From: Oscillospiraceae bacterium
GTDB taxonomy: Bacteria > Bacteroidota > Bacteroidia > Bacteroidales > Bacteroidaceae
Reading direction: 5' to 3'
Assembly: GCA_963599465.1 (NCBI GenBank)
Contig: CAVBXD010000001.1
Coordinates: 76,080 to 140,079, forward strand
DNA length: 64,000 bases
A program made the position numbers and the translations under genes. The notes under the pieces are model-generated. The model was given only the letters and a program-made list of their open reading frames with translations, was not told the origin of the DNA and made no database searches. This document shows positions 30,901 through 39,368 of this stretch, piece by piece. Numbering within the stretch: the stretch's first letter is position 1; the number at the start of each line of letters is the position of its first letter.

Positions 30901-31718
30901 TCAAGGGAACGTTTGACGCCCTCGGTCTCAACCCTGACCGTTGGAAGGACAACGACAACGCTTCGCGTCCGAAGGCTGCCATCATTCGTGAGAAAGGAAC
31001 CAATGGCGACCGCGAGATGGCTTACACGCTGTGGCTCGCCGGCTTCGACGTGAAGGACGTGATGATGACCGACCTCATCAGCGGACGTGAGACGCTGGAG
31101 GAAGTAAACATGATTGTCTTCTGTGGTGGCTTCTCCAACTCCGACGTGCTCGGCTCTGCCAAGGGTTGGGCAGGCGCATTCCTCTTCAATCCCAAGGCAA
31201 AGGAGGCTCTCGACAAGTTCTATGCCCGCAAGGACACACTTTCGCTTGGTATCTGCAACGGTTGCCAGCTTATGGTTGAGCTTAACCTTATCAACCCTGA
31301 GCACAAGCACCGTGCGCACCTCACGCACAACGTGTCACGCAAGTTTGAGAGTGCCTTCCTCGGTCTCTCAATTCCTCAGAACGAGAGCGTGATGCTTGGT
31401 TCGTTGAGTGGCGACAAGCTCGGCATCTGGGTGGCTCACGGAGAAGGCCGCTTCTATTTGCCAGAGCCGGAGGATCACTATAATGTAGTGGCAAAATACA
31501 ACTATGCCGAATATCCTGGCAATCCAAATGGCTCCGACTACAATGTGGCAGGCATTTGCTCTGCCGACGGTCGCCATCTCGCCATGATGCCTCACCCCGA
31601 GCGCGCCATCTTCCCTTGGCAGAACGCTTATTATCCAGCCGACAGGCGCAATGATGACGTCACGCCGTGGATAGAGGCTTTCGTCAATGCGAGAAAGTGG
31701 ATAGAGGAAAACAAGTAA
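27918..31718 (+). CDS. purL: Phosphoribosylformylglycinamidine synthase (large form)
   Basis: NSEHCRHKIF, KAETHNFP, GICNGCQ, MMPHPER. Confidence 0.98.
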   Translation: MILFFKTPKENVIATEIDHQPSDKEKQALCWLYGDATLLETEKLDGFFVGPRREMITPWSTNAVEITQNMSLTGISRIEEYFPVKGEDAAHDRMLQRMYNGLDQTVFTVNHEPEPIKHVEDIEKYNEEEGLALSPEEIEYLHKIEKENGRPLTDSEIFGFAQINSEHCRHKIFGGTFIIDGEERESSLFSLIKKTTKEHPGKIISAYSDNVAFAQGPMVEQFAPEDQTTSDYFKVKPIESVISLKAETHNFPTTVEPFNGAATGTGGEIRDRMGGGTGSWPIAGTAVYMASYPRLKNDDGTAARDYEQEIEPRKWLYQTPEEILVKASNGASDFGNKFGQPLITGSVLTFEYETCTGDTAVVESTKEDVQTPNEVYGYDKVIMLAGGVGYGKKRDCLKKAPKKGEDVVVVGGDNYRIGLGGGSVSSVDTGRYGTAVELNAVQRANPEMQKRAYNLVRALVEADNNPVTSIHDHGSAGHLNCLSELVEDCGGEIDMTKLPIGDKTLSAKEIIANESQERMGLLIEDEHVERVRKIAERERAPFYVVGQTTGDAHFSFVQGDGVKPFDLDVPQMFGHSPKTIMKDVTVEHHYEDVTYSVDKIDEYVGNVLQLEAVACKDWLTNKVDRSVTGKIARQQTQGQVQLPLSDCGVVALDYRGNAGIATALGHAPQAGMANPAAGSVLSVAESLTNIVWAPIATDKDHPFPIENLNLSANWMWPCRSQKGEDARLYEAVQALSDFCCSLHLNVPTGKDSLSLSQQYPDGSKVIAPGTVIVTSGAEVNDVRKTVSPVMVNDKNSSLYYIDFSFDEQRLGGSAFAQTLGKIGSDVPTVKNTEYFADCFNAIQDLIQKGWVMAGHDISAGGLITTLLEMTFANVEGGMHVNLHDIMQDNDDVVKMLFAENPGVVIQVSDTRKKELKEYLEDAGIAFAKIAYPTPSERKIVVVKDEWKHEFDINSLRDTWYKTSYLLDRRQSMNDMAHKRFLNYKKQPLEINLGNFKGTFDALGLNPDRWKDNDNASRPKAAIIREKGTNGDREMAYTLWLAGFDVKDVMMTDLISGRETLEEVNMIVFCGGFSNSDVLGSAKGWAGAFLFNPKAKEALDKFYARKDTLSLGICNGCQLMVELNLINPEHKHRAHLTHNVSRKFESAFLGLSIPQNESVMLGSLSGDKLGIWVAHGEGRFYLPEPEDHYNVVAKYNYAEYPGNPNGSDYNVAGICSADGRHLAMMPHPERAIFPWQNAYYPADRRNDDVTPWIEAFVNARKWIEENK

Positions 31719-31739
31719 TAGCATTTTAAAACCCTTTCT

Positions 31740-31772
31740 GCCAACCTCTTCCCTAAAAAGGAAGAGGTTGGC
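31740..31772 (+). terminator. Hairpin after purL
   Basis: GCCAACCTCTTCC / GGAAGAGGTTGGC arms. Confidence 0.65.
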
Positions 31773-31787
31773 TTACGTTTATAAACG

Positions 31788-32342
31788 ATGGTTAAACAAT
31801 CTGAGACGACGCTTTATGCCAAGTTGTTCACTACATTCTTCAAGATAGGCGCGTTCACCCTTGGCGGTGGATACGCCATGATTCCCATTATAGAGTCGGA
31901 AGTGGTAGAGAAAAACGGTTGGATAAAGAAAGACGAGTTTTTGGATTTGATAGCCATAGCGCAGAGCTGTCCGGGAGTGTTTGCCGCTAACATAGCGACG
32001 TTTATAGGTTATAAGATAAAAAGAGAGAAAGGCGCGCTTTGCACAACATTCGGTGCCGTCTTGCCTTCTTTCCTTATCATCCTGCTTATAGCCATGGTCT
32101 TTCATCAATTCATGCAGATTCATTGGATAGCTGCCATGTTTAATGGCATTAGGCCTGCTGTGGTGGCGCTCATAGCGGTGCCCACCTTCAACCTCGCGAA
32201 AAGCGCGAAGATACATTTGGGCAACTGTTGGATTCCCATTGCCGGAGCATTGCTTATAAGCGTATTGCAGGTAAATCCTATATGGATTATAATAGCGGCA
32301 GGAATAGGTGGTTATATTTACGGTAAACTCATAAAGAAATGA
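31788..32342 (+). CDS. Short-chain chromate ion transporter subunit
   Basis: KIGAFTLGGG, AQSCPG, GIRPAVVAL. Confidence 0.9.
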   Translation: MVKQSETTLYAKLFTTFFKIGAFTLGGGYAMIPIIESEVVEKNGWIKKDEFLDLIAIAQSCPGVFAANIATFIGYKIKREKGALCTTFGAVLPSFLIILLIAMVFHQFMQIHWIAAMFNGIRPAVVALIAVPTFNLAKSAKIHLGNCWIPIAGALLISVLQVNPIWIIIAAGIGGYIYGKLIKK

Positions 32343-32914
32343 TATTCCTACAGCTCTTTTGGACTTTTTTCAAGATAGGCCTTTTCGGTTTCGGTGGAGG
32401 TTATGGCATGCTGTCGCTCATCCAGATGGAGACGGTGCATAACAACCATTGGCTTTCGAGCGCTGAGTTTACCAATATTGTGGCAATAAGCCAGATGACC
32501 CCTGGCCCTATCGGTATCAATTCTGCCACATACTGTGGCTTCACCGCTGTTCAAAACGCTGGCATGGGCAATGTGCTCTCGGTGCTTGGGTCAGCCGTGG
32601 CGACATTCTCGCTTGTCTTGCCGTCGTTTGTGCTTATGATCCTTATCAGCAAGCTATTCATGCGCTACATGAAGACCCGGGTGGTGCAAAGTGTATTCGA
32701 GGGTTTGCGTCCCGCCGTTGTCGGTCTTCTTGCCGCTGCTACAATCATGCTTCTCAACAAGGAAAACTTCGGCAGCCCCGTGGACACGACATGGCAGTTT
32801 CTTGTCAGCGTGCTTCTTTTTGCCGCGACTTTCTATGGCACCATGTTCGTGAAGATAAACCCAATCAAGATGATTGGTTATGCCGCTATTGCAGGCTTGC
32901 TGCTTTTGTATTAA
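32339..32914 (+). CDS. Short-chain chromate ion transporter subunit
   Basis: KIGLFGFGGG, SQMTPGP, GLRPAVVGL; ATGA overlap with its partner. Confidence 0.9.
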   Translation: MIFLQLFWTFFKIGLFGFGGGYGMLSLIQMETVHNNHWLSSAEFTNIVAISQMTPGPIGINSATYCGFTAVQNAGMGNVLSVLGSAVATFSLVLPSFVLMILISKLFMRYMKTRVVQSVFEGLRPAVVGLLAAATIMLLNKENFGSPVDTTWQFLVSVLLFAATFYGTMFVKINPIKMIGYAAIAGLLLLY

Positions 32915-32933
32915 GCATCATGCCATGAACCCT

Positions 32934-33986
32934 TCATGGCATCAATAATTCCTGATAGATGCGGAACGCATTGCGCATTTCGCTGAGGCAGATGAACTCG
33001 TCGGCGGAATGTGACCGTGCCGATTCGCCGGGGCCGAGCTTGAACGACTGCCAGGGCATGAGCGCCTGATCGCTTAGCGTTGGAGAGCCGTAGGGCTTCA
33101 AGCCTAAAGCTACGCAACGCTTCACGAGAGGGTGGTCGGGAGATATATGCGAGGAGTGGAGACGGAAGGAGTGGGCTTGAACCTCACTCTTGACGTTGGC
33201 CTTTATGATGTCGTATACCTCCTCGTTGGTATAATGCTCATTGGTGCGCACGTCCACGAGCATTTTGCAGCAGTCGGGCACGACGTTGTGCTGAGTGCCG
33301 GCATTGACGACGGTGAGCGTCATCTTCGTGGGGCCGAGAAGCTCGCTCGTTTTCTTGAATTTATAGTCTCTGAGCCAAACCATGTCGTCCAACGCCTCGT
33401 ATATGGCGTTCACACCCTCGTTTCTCGCGGCATGCCCGCTTTTCCCGTGGGCAATGATGTCGAGCACCATCAATCCTTTTTCCGCTATGGCAGGCTGCAT
33501 GCCCGTGGGCTCGCCCACTATGGCCACGTCAATCTTTGGAAGCAGGGGCAGCGCGCGGGAAAATCCGTCTTTACCCGACACTTCTTCCTCCGCGGAAGCA
33601 AGATACACGTAGTTGTATGGTTGAGGCCTTAGCGACAGCCATCTGAAGACCTGCAACAGCGTAGTGAGGCCGCCACCGCAGTCGTTGCTTCCCAACCCAT
33701 ACAATCGGTCGCCCTCAATGGCTGGCTCGAAAGGGTCGCGCGTCCAACTTGCCACCGGCTTAACCGTGTCGATGTGCGCATTGAGCAGCAATGTTGGTTT
33801 GCTGTCGTCCCAATAAGGAGACTGTGCCCAAACGTTGTTGCCCTCACGCCGTGGCGCGAGTCCGTAAGCGGTCATCCGTTTTTGCATGATGTCGGCGGCG
33901 GCCTTCTCGTCGCGGCTTACCGATGGGGTTGCTATGAGCTGGCGTAGCAGTTCAACGGCGTCGTTGACGTAATCTTCTTGTCTCAT
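32934..33986 (-). CDS. M20 metallo-hydrolase (ArgE/DapE-like deacylase)
   Basis: NAHIDTV, GSNDCGG, AEEE, GEPT, SHSADE. Confidence 0.88.
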   Translation of the reverse strand: MRQEDYVNDAVELLRQLIATPSVSRDEKAAADIMQKRMTAYGLAPRREGNNVWAQSPYWDDSKPTLLLNAHIDTVKPVASWTRDPFEPAIEGDRLYGLGSNDCGGGLTTLLQVFRWLSLRPQPYNYVYLASAEEEVSGKDGFSRALPLLPKIDVAIVGEPTGMQPAIAEKGLMVLDIIAHGKSGHAARNEGVNAIYEALDDMVWLRDYKFKKTSELLGPTKMTLTVVNAGTQHNVVPDCCKMLVDVRTNEHYTNEEVYDIIKANVKSEVQAHSFRLHSSHISPDHPLVKRCVALGLKPYGSPTLSDQALMPWQSFKLGPGESARSHSADEFICLSEMRNAFRIYQELLMP

Positions 33987-34109
33987 TCCTTGTATGCAGT
34001 TATATCAACTTTCTTGTCTTGCTTTGTGGCAAAATTAAAAAAAACATTTAATAATACTTGAATATATCGCATTTATATTTTATCTTTGCATAAAATAATA
34101 CCTTAGCTT

Positions 34110-35945
34110 ATGCAAAACAGGTCACACCTGGCTGTGCTCATTCACTCTCAGGCAAAAAAGTATGGCAAGCGGACAGCCCTTATCCGTCAAGATTTTGGAG
34201 GTTCTAAATGGACTAATGTCTCATGGAACCAGTTTTCGGCAAACGTCAAGAAAGTCAGTAATGCCCTTCTTGCACTTGGTTTGAAGCCACACGACAAGAT
34301 AGCCGTTTTCTCTCAAAACTGTGCCGAGTATCTTTATACCGACTTTGGAGCCTATGGCATTCGCGTGGTATCCATTCCTTTCTATGCCACGACGTCTGGT
34401 CAGCAAGTCCAGTATATGGTCAACGACGCAGACGTGCGCTTAATCTTTGTTGGCGAGCAGGAACAATACGACAAGGCTCACAACATTCATTCTGTTTGTT
34501 CTTCATTGGAACGCATCATTGTGTTCGACCGTCATGTGCGTTTGAGCATGCACGATCCGGAGGCAATGTATTTTGACGATTTCCTCAAGCTTGGCGAGGA
34601 CCTGCCTCATGAGAAAGAGGTTGAGGCGTTGTGGAAAGAAGCCAACGACGACGACCTTTGCAACATCCTTTATACCAGTGGCACGACAGGAGACTCGAAG
34701 GGTGTCATGCTTACCTACGGACAATACAGTGCCGCGCTGAAGGCCAATGACGAGTGTGTGCCGATAGACGACAACGACCGTGTAATCAATTTCTTGCCGT
34801 TCACTCATATTTTTGAGCGAGGATGGGCATACTTGGCAATCAGTGAAGGCTGTACGCTCATAGTCAATACAGACCCTCACAAGATTCAGCAGTCAATGCG
34901 CGAGACCCATCCGACGTGTATGTCGAGCGTGCCTCGCTTTTGGGAGAAAGTGTATCAGGCTGTCAGGGCAAAGATAGACCGTTCGAGCAGCGTCCAGCAA
35001 AAAATGTTCTACAAGGCTTGGAGCATTGGCAAGAAATACAACGTCGACTATCTTGCCAAGGGCAAGCGCCCGCCATTGTCGCTTCGTCTTGAATATGCTA
35101 TCGCCAATAAGACCGTGTTGAGCCTTGTCAGGGCGCAGATAGGTCTTGAGCATCCAAACATCTTCCCCACGGCAGGTGCTTACGTCTCGCCAGACGTGCA
35201 AGAGTTTGTGCATAGCATCGGCATAGGAATGGTTGTTGGCTATGGATTGACCGAGAGTCTTGCCACGGTGTCGTGCAACCATTTGGACGAGGGTTACACC
35301 ATTGGCTCTGTTGGCCAACCCATCAATGGCATAGAAATAAAGATAGGCGAGAACAGTGAGATATTGTTGAAGGGCCCGACCATCACGAAGGGTTATTATA
35401 AGCGTCCGGAACAGAACAAGGCTGCCTTTGACGAGGATGGATTCTTCCATACTGGCGATGCTGGCTACATCAGGAACGGAGAGCTCTTCCTCACCGAACG
35501 CATAAAAGACCTGTTCAAGACAAGCAATGGCAAGTATATAGCACCTCAGATGATAGAGTCGCTGTTGCTTGTAGATAAATTCGTCGACCAGGTTGCCATT
35601 GTAGCCGACCAGCGCAAGTTCGTGTCCGCCCTTGTAGTGCCAGAGTATGGCATTCTTGAGGAATGGGCGAGGGAGCGTGGCATAAAGTTCGCCGACAGGG
35701 TTGAACTGTGCAAGAACAAGGAAGTCAATGCCATGATGATGGATCGTATAGACATCCTCCAGCAGAGTCTCGCGCATTATGAGCAGATAAAGCGGTTCAC
35801 CTTGTTGCCTCATCATTTCTCCATGGAGAGAGGCGAGATGACCAACACCTTGAAATTGCGCCGCAGCGTGGTAAACGAACATTATAAGGATATCATAGAT
35901 GGGATGTACGCCAATACGCCATCAGACGGAGTAATAACGAAATAA
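34110..35945 (+). CDS. Long-chain fatty acid--CoA ligase
   Basis: YTSGTTG, GYGLTE, FHTGDAG, GKYIAP, TLKLRR. Confidence 0.92.
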   Translation: MQNRSHLAVLIHSQAKKYGKRTALIRQDFGGSKWTNVSWNQFSANVKKVSNALLALGLKPHDKIAVFSQNCAEYLYTDFGAYGIRVVSIPFYATTSGQQVQYMVNDADVRLIFVGEQEQYDKAHNIHSVCSSLERIIVFDRHVRLSMHDPEAMYFDDFLKLGEDLPHEKEVEALWKEANDDDLCNILYTSGTTGDSKGVMLTYGQYSAALKANDECVPIDDNDRVINFLPFTHIFERGWAYLAISEGCTLIVNTDPHKIQQSMRETHPTCMSSVPRFWEKVYQAVRAKIDRSSSVQQKMFYKAWSIGKKYNVDYLAKGKRPPLSLRLEYAIANKTVLSLVRAQIGLEHPNIFPTAGAYVSPDVQEFVHSIGIGMVVGYGLTESLATVSCNHLDEGYTIGSVGQPINGIEIKIGENSEILLKGPTITKGYYKRPEQNKAAFDEDGFFHTGDAGYIRNGELFLTERIKDLFKTSNGKYIAPQMIESLLLVDKFVDQVAIVADQRKFVSALVVPEYGILEEWARERGIKFADRVELCKNKEVNAMMMDRIDILQQSLAHYEQIKRFTLLPHHFSMERGEMTNTLKLRRSVVNEHYKDIIDGMYANTPSDGVITK

Positions 35946-35950
35946 GCGAA

Positions 35951-37081
35951 ATGATAACATCAGATCAACTGAAAGACGTGTTGGAGCGTACGGAAAAGCT
36001 CCACCACTATCTCAATATTGACCAAAAGAAAGTAGAGTTTGAGGAGGAGCAGTTGCGCACGCAGGCTCCCGACTTTTGGGATGACCCCAAAAGGGCAGAG
36101 GCCCAGATGAAGAAGGTGAAAGGAATAGAGAAATGGCTTGACGGCTATAAGCAATGCAGGCAGAATGCCGATGAGTTGCAACTCGCCTTCGACTACTATA
36201 AAGAGGAACTCGTTACCGAGGAGGAGGTTGATGCCGATTATGCCAAGGCCGTGAAATGCATAGAAGACCTTGAATTGAGGAACATGCTTCGCCAAGACGA
36301 GGACTCCATGGATGCCGTGTTGAAAATCAATTCCGGCGCCGGTGGCACTGAGGCTCAAGATTGGGCCTCGATGCTCATGCGTATGTATATGCGTTGGTGT
36401 GAGGCCAACGGCTACAAGACCACCATCACTGATTTGCAACCGGGTGAGGAAGTGGGCGTGAAGAGCATGACGATGACCATCGAGGGAGGCGAGTATGCCT
36501 ATGGCTACTTGAAGAGCGAGAATGGTGTCCACCGCTTGGTGCGCGTCTCGCCTTATAACGCACAGGGCAAGCGCATGACAAGCTTCGCGTCGGTTTTCGT
36601 AACGCCTTTGGTCGACGACACCATCGAGGTGTATGTCGATCCTGCCAAAGTGAGTTGGGACACGTTCCGATCAAGTGGAGCCGGCGGACAGAATGTCAAC
36701 AAGGTGGAGTCGGGTGTGCGCTTGCGTTACCAATATGAGGATCCTGACACCGGCGAAAAAGAGGAAATCCTTATTGAGAACACGGAGACGCGCGACCAGC
36801 CAAAGAACCGCGAGAAGGCAATGAAGCTCTTGAAGAGCCAACTCTACGACCGCGCCTTGAAGAAGCAGCAGGCTGCCAAGGCCAAGATAGAGGCTGGAAA
36901 GAAAAAGATAGAGTGGGGAAGTCAGATTCGCAGCTACGTGTTTGATGACCGTCGCGTGAAAGATCATCGCACTGGTTACCAGACCTCCGACGTGGATGGC
37001 GTGATGGACGGCAAGATCGATGGTTTTATCAAGGCTTACCTTATGGAGTTCGCTGAGAGCGACGCTGAGAAGGAAGACTGA
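35951..37081 (+). CDS. prfB: Peptide chain release factor 2 (single uninterrupted ORF)
   Basis: GVHRLVRVSPY (SPF-like), GAGGQNVNK, WGSQIRSY. Confidence 0.97.
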   Translation: MITSDQLKDVLERTEKLHHYLNIDQKKVEFEEEQLRTQAPDFWDDPKRAEAQMKKVKGIEKWLDGYKQCRQNADELQLAFDYYKEELVTEEEVDADYAKAVKCIEDLELRNMLRQDEDSMDAVLKINSGAGGTEAQDWASMLMRMYMRWCEANGYKTTITDLQPGEEVGVKSMTMTIEGGEYAYGYLKSENGVHRLVRVSPYNAQGKRMTSFASVFVTPLVDDTIEVYVDPAKVSWDTFRSSGAGGQNVNKVESGVRLRYQYEDPDTGEKEEILIENTETRDQPKNREKAMKLLKSQLYDRALKKQQAAKAKIEAGKKKIEWGSQIRSYVFDDRRVKDHRTGYQTSDVDGVMDGKIDGFIKAYLMEFAESDAEKED

Positions 37082-37132
37082 TAATGCAATTATTGTCGTG
37101 GGTTAGATACGGAAAACTAAAACACATATACC

Positions 37133-37327
37133 ATGGGAAACAATAAGAAAGAACAAAAGAAGCACGTGCCAGCGAAGGAGGTCAAGCAGATGACCACCGC
37201 CAAGAAGCGCTCGGAGCACAATGAGAAACAAAAGAGCCAAGGCGAGAGCGTGGTGAAATGGATTTTCGGAGTCCTCGTCGCCCTTGCCATCATCTATATG
37301 ATTTGGTCTATGTTCATGGTTCAATAA
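37133..37327 (+). CDS. Small protein with basic N-terminus and C-terminal TM helix
   Basis: 64 aa; AT-rich leader; hydrophobic tail WIFGVLVALAIIYMIWSMF; followed by a terminator. Confidence 0.65.
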   Translation: MGNNKKEQKKHVPAKEVKQMTTAKKRSEHNEKQKSQGESVVKWIFGVLVALAIIYMIWSMFMVQ

Positions 37328-37331
37328 TAAT

Positions 37332-37359
37332 AAAGGCGGCTCTATCTGAGCCGCCTTTT
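37332..37359 (+). terminator. Rho-independent terminator
   Basis: AAAGGCGGCTC / GAGCCGCCTTTT. Confidence 0.8.
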
Positions 37360-37498
37360 GCCTATATTAAAACGTTAAATTAACGTGAGTTAGATGACAT
37401 AGAGGCATCGGTATCATGGCTTTGGTTGATAGCAGAAAGTCATAAATGGAAATGTGCCAAGCTATATATTATAAACTATAAAAAAGAAGGATAACAAC

Positions 37499-37879
37499 AT
37501 GTTTAGGCAATTAGCAATTATCATTGGATGTCTTGCTGTAGGAGAGTTTGTGGTCTGGTTGACAGGGATAACAGTTCCGTCAAGTATCATAGGAATGTTA
37601 CTGTTGACTTTATTTCTTAAAATTAAAGTCGTTCGGTTAGAATGGGTAGAGGATATTTCTAATTTTCTGGTCAAAAACATGGGCTTTTTCTTTGTTCCGC
37701 CTGGTGTGGCACTTATGCTTTACTTCGATATAATACGAGCCGAAATATTGCCTATAGTATTGGCTACGGCTATAAGCACTATACTTGTGCTTGTTGTTAC
37801 AGGATGGACACATATTGCTGCTAGGAAATTAGTGAATGCCTTAAATAAAAACGTGAAAAGAGAAAAAGATAAGTGTTAA
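37499..37879 (+). CDS. CidA/LrgA family membrane protein
   Basis: VPSSIIGMLLL and FFVPPGV motifs; 126 aa, four TM. Confidence 0.92.
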   Translation: MFRQLAIIIGCLAVGEFVVWLTGITVPSSIIGMLLLTLFLKIKVVRLEWVEDISNFLVKNMGFFFVPPGVALMLYFDIIRAEILPIVLATAISTILVLVVTGWTHIAARKLVNALNKNVKREKDKC

Positions 37880-37954
37880 GGCTTTATATAGCATATTCGT
37901 ATGTTAATTCTTTGCGGGAGAGATTTTAAATTTGTAGAATAAAGATAGGTTGTA

Positions 37955-38659
37955 ATGGATATTCACGAATACTTCAATAATGATTACTTTTTGTTGACAC
38001 TCACATTTGGTGTTTACTTCTTGGCAAAATTGGTAAGAAAAGTTTTTAACTTGCCAATTTTTAATCCTATACTGGTGAGCATCGCTTTTATGATTTGTTT
38101 CTTGTCCGTAGCTGGCGTCGATTATGAAACATATAAAATTAGTGGGTCGAAGATAGAATTTTGGCTAAAGCCTGCAGTTGTATCGTTAGGAGTGCCTTTA
38201 TATAAGCAGCTTAGTTCGATAAAGCATGAACTTGTTCCTATTTTCATGTCGCAATTGGTTGGTTGTGTTGTCGGAATAGTATCTGTTGTCATTTTGGCTC
38301 AATGTTTGGGGGCATCTCCTCGTGTCGTACTTTCTTTGGCAGCAAAGTCTGTAACCACACCCATAGCAATGGAAGTTACAAAAAGTGTTGGTGGTATTCC
38401 CTCGCTTACTGCTACAATAGTGGTGTTCGTGGGGATTTTTGGAGCTGTGACAGGATTTCGGGTACTAAAATATGGTCATATAGGTATGCCGTCATCACAA
38501 GGTATTTCTTTAGGAACAGCTTCGCATGCCGTCGGAACATCTGCGGCAATGGAACATGGCATGGAGCATGGTGCTTATGCTTCGCTTGGTCTTACTTTAA
38601 ATGGAATCTTTACTGCTATTTTAGCACCGTATATTCTTCAAATGTTAGGCTTGTTGTAG
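37955..38659 (+). CDS. LrgB/CidB family membrane protein
   Basis: LKPAVVSLGVPLY, KSVTTPIA, GTASHAVGT. Confidence 0.93.
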   Translation: MDIHEYFNNDYFLLTLTFGVYFLAKLVRKVFNLPIFNPILVSIAFMICFLSVAGVDYETYKISGSKIEFWLKPAVVSLGVPLYKQLSSIKHELVPIFMSQLVGCVVGIVSVVILAQCLGASPRVVLSLAAKSVTTPIAMEVTKSVGGIPSLTATIVVFVGIFGAVTGFRVLKYGHIGMPSSQGISLGTASHAVGTSAAMEHGMEHGAYASLGLTLNGIFTAILAPYILQMLGLL

Positions 38660-38747
38660 ATAGTGCTTTGCGCTACTTCTTATGGTGTGCTTTGATATTT
38701 TTTTAAGACAATAATATTTCATTGAACCCACGTTAAATTAATAAGCA

Positions 38748-39248
38748 ATGAGTGGATTGGAAATAGAACGTAAGTTCTTGGTGAGACATGGTGGCACCTT
38801 TAAGCGTGAGGCTTTCTCGGTGAGCCACATCCAGCAAGGTTATATTCCTGCCGAAGGCGCCACGGTGCGTGTGCGTGTGCGTGACGACAAGGCGTATCTG
38901 ACAATCAAGGGCAAGAGCAATGACGGTGGCATGACACGCTACGAGTTTGAGAAAGAGATAACCCTCGACGAGGCATCGCAGCTCCTGAAACTGTGCAAGG
39001 GTGGCGTTATAGACAAGCACCGTTACCTTGTAAGCTCAGGCTGTCACACCTTTGAGGTTGATGAGTTTCATGGTGCCAACGATGGGCTCGTAATGGCGGA
39101 GGTGGAGCTTGGAAGTGAGACTGAGGCTTTTGAGAAACCCGATTTCATAGGGCCGGAGGTTACTGGCGACAAGCACTTCTACAATTCGTATATGCTTGCC
39201 AACCCATATTCTGCTTGGAAAAAGTTGGTTCCCGAGGAATTCAGATAA
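38748..39248 (+). CDS. CYTH domain protein
   Basis: EIERKFLV (ExExK), RVRVR, RYEFE, EVDEF, AEVEL. Confidence 0.92.
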   Translation: MSGLEIERKFLVRHGGTFKREAFSVSHIQQGYIPAEGATVRVRVRDDKAYLTIKGKSNDGGMTRYEFEKEITLDEASQLLKLCKGGVIDKHRYLVSSGCHTFEVDEFHGANDGLVMAEVELGSETEAFEKPDFIGPEVTGDKHFYNSYMLANPYSAWKKLVPEEFR

Positions 39249-39368
39249 ATATGGCTTATCTGCTGGCTTTGACGCAATCTTCCATATTATCAGCTAAAAA
39301 CTTTCAATTCGTTTGAATGAAAGGATAATATTTTATAATTTTGCACAAAAATTAGAGAACAAAGTTAT

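Larger units (their letters stand above)
37375..38741. mobile_element. Putative non-autonomous transposable cassette carrying cidA-lrgB, including flanking direct repeats
   Basis: TTAAATTAA at 37375-37383 and 38733-38741. Inner ends CGTGAGTTAGATGA (37384-37397) and TCATTGAACCCACG (38719-38732) are 11/14 inverted matches. Interior is visibly AT-rich; no transposase. Confidence 0.7.
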
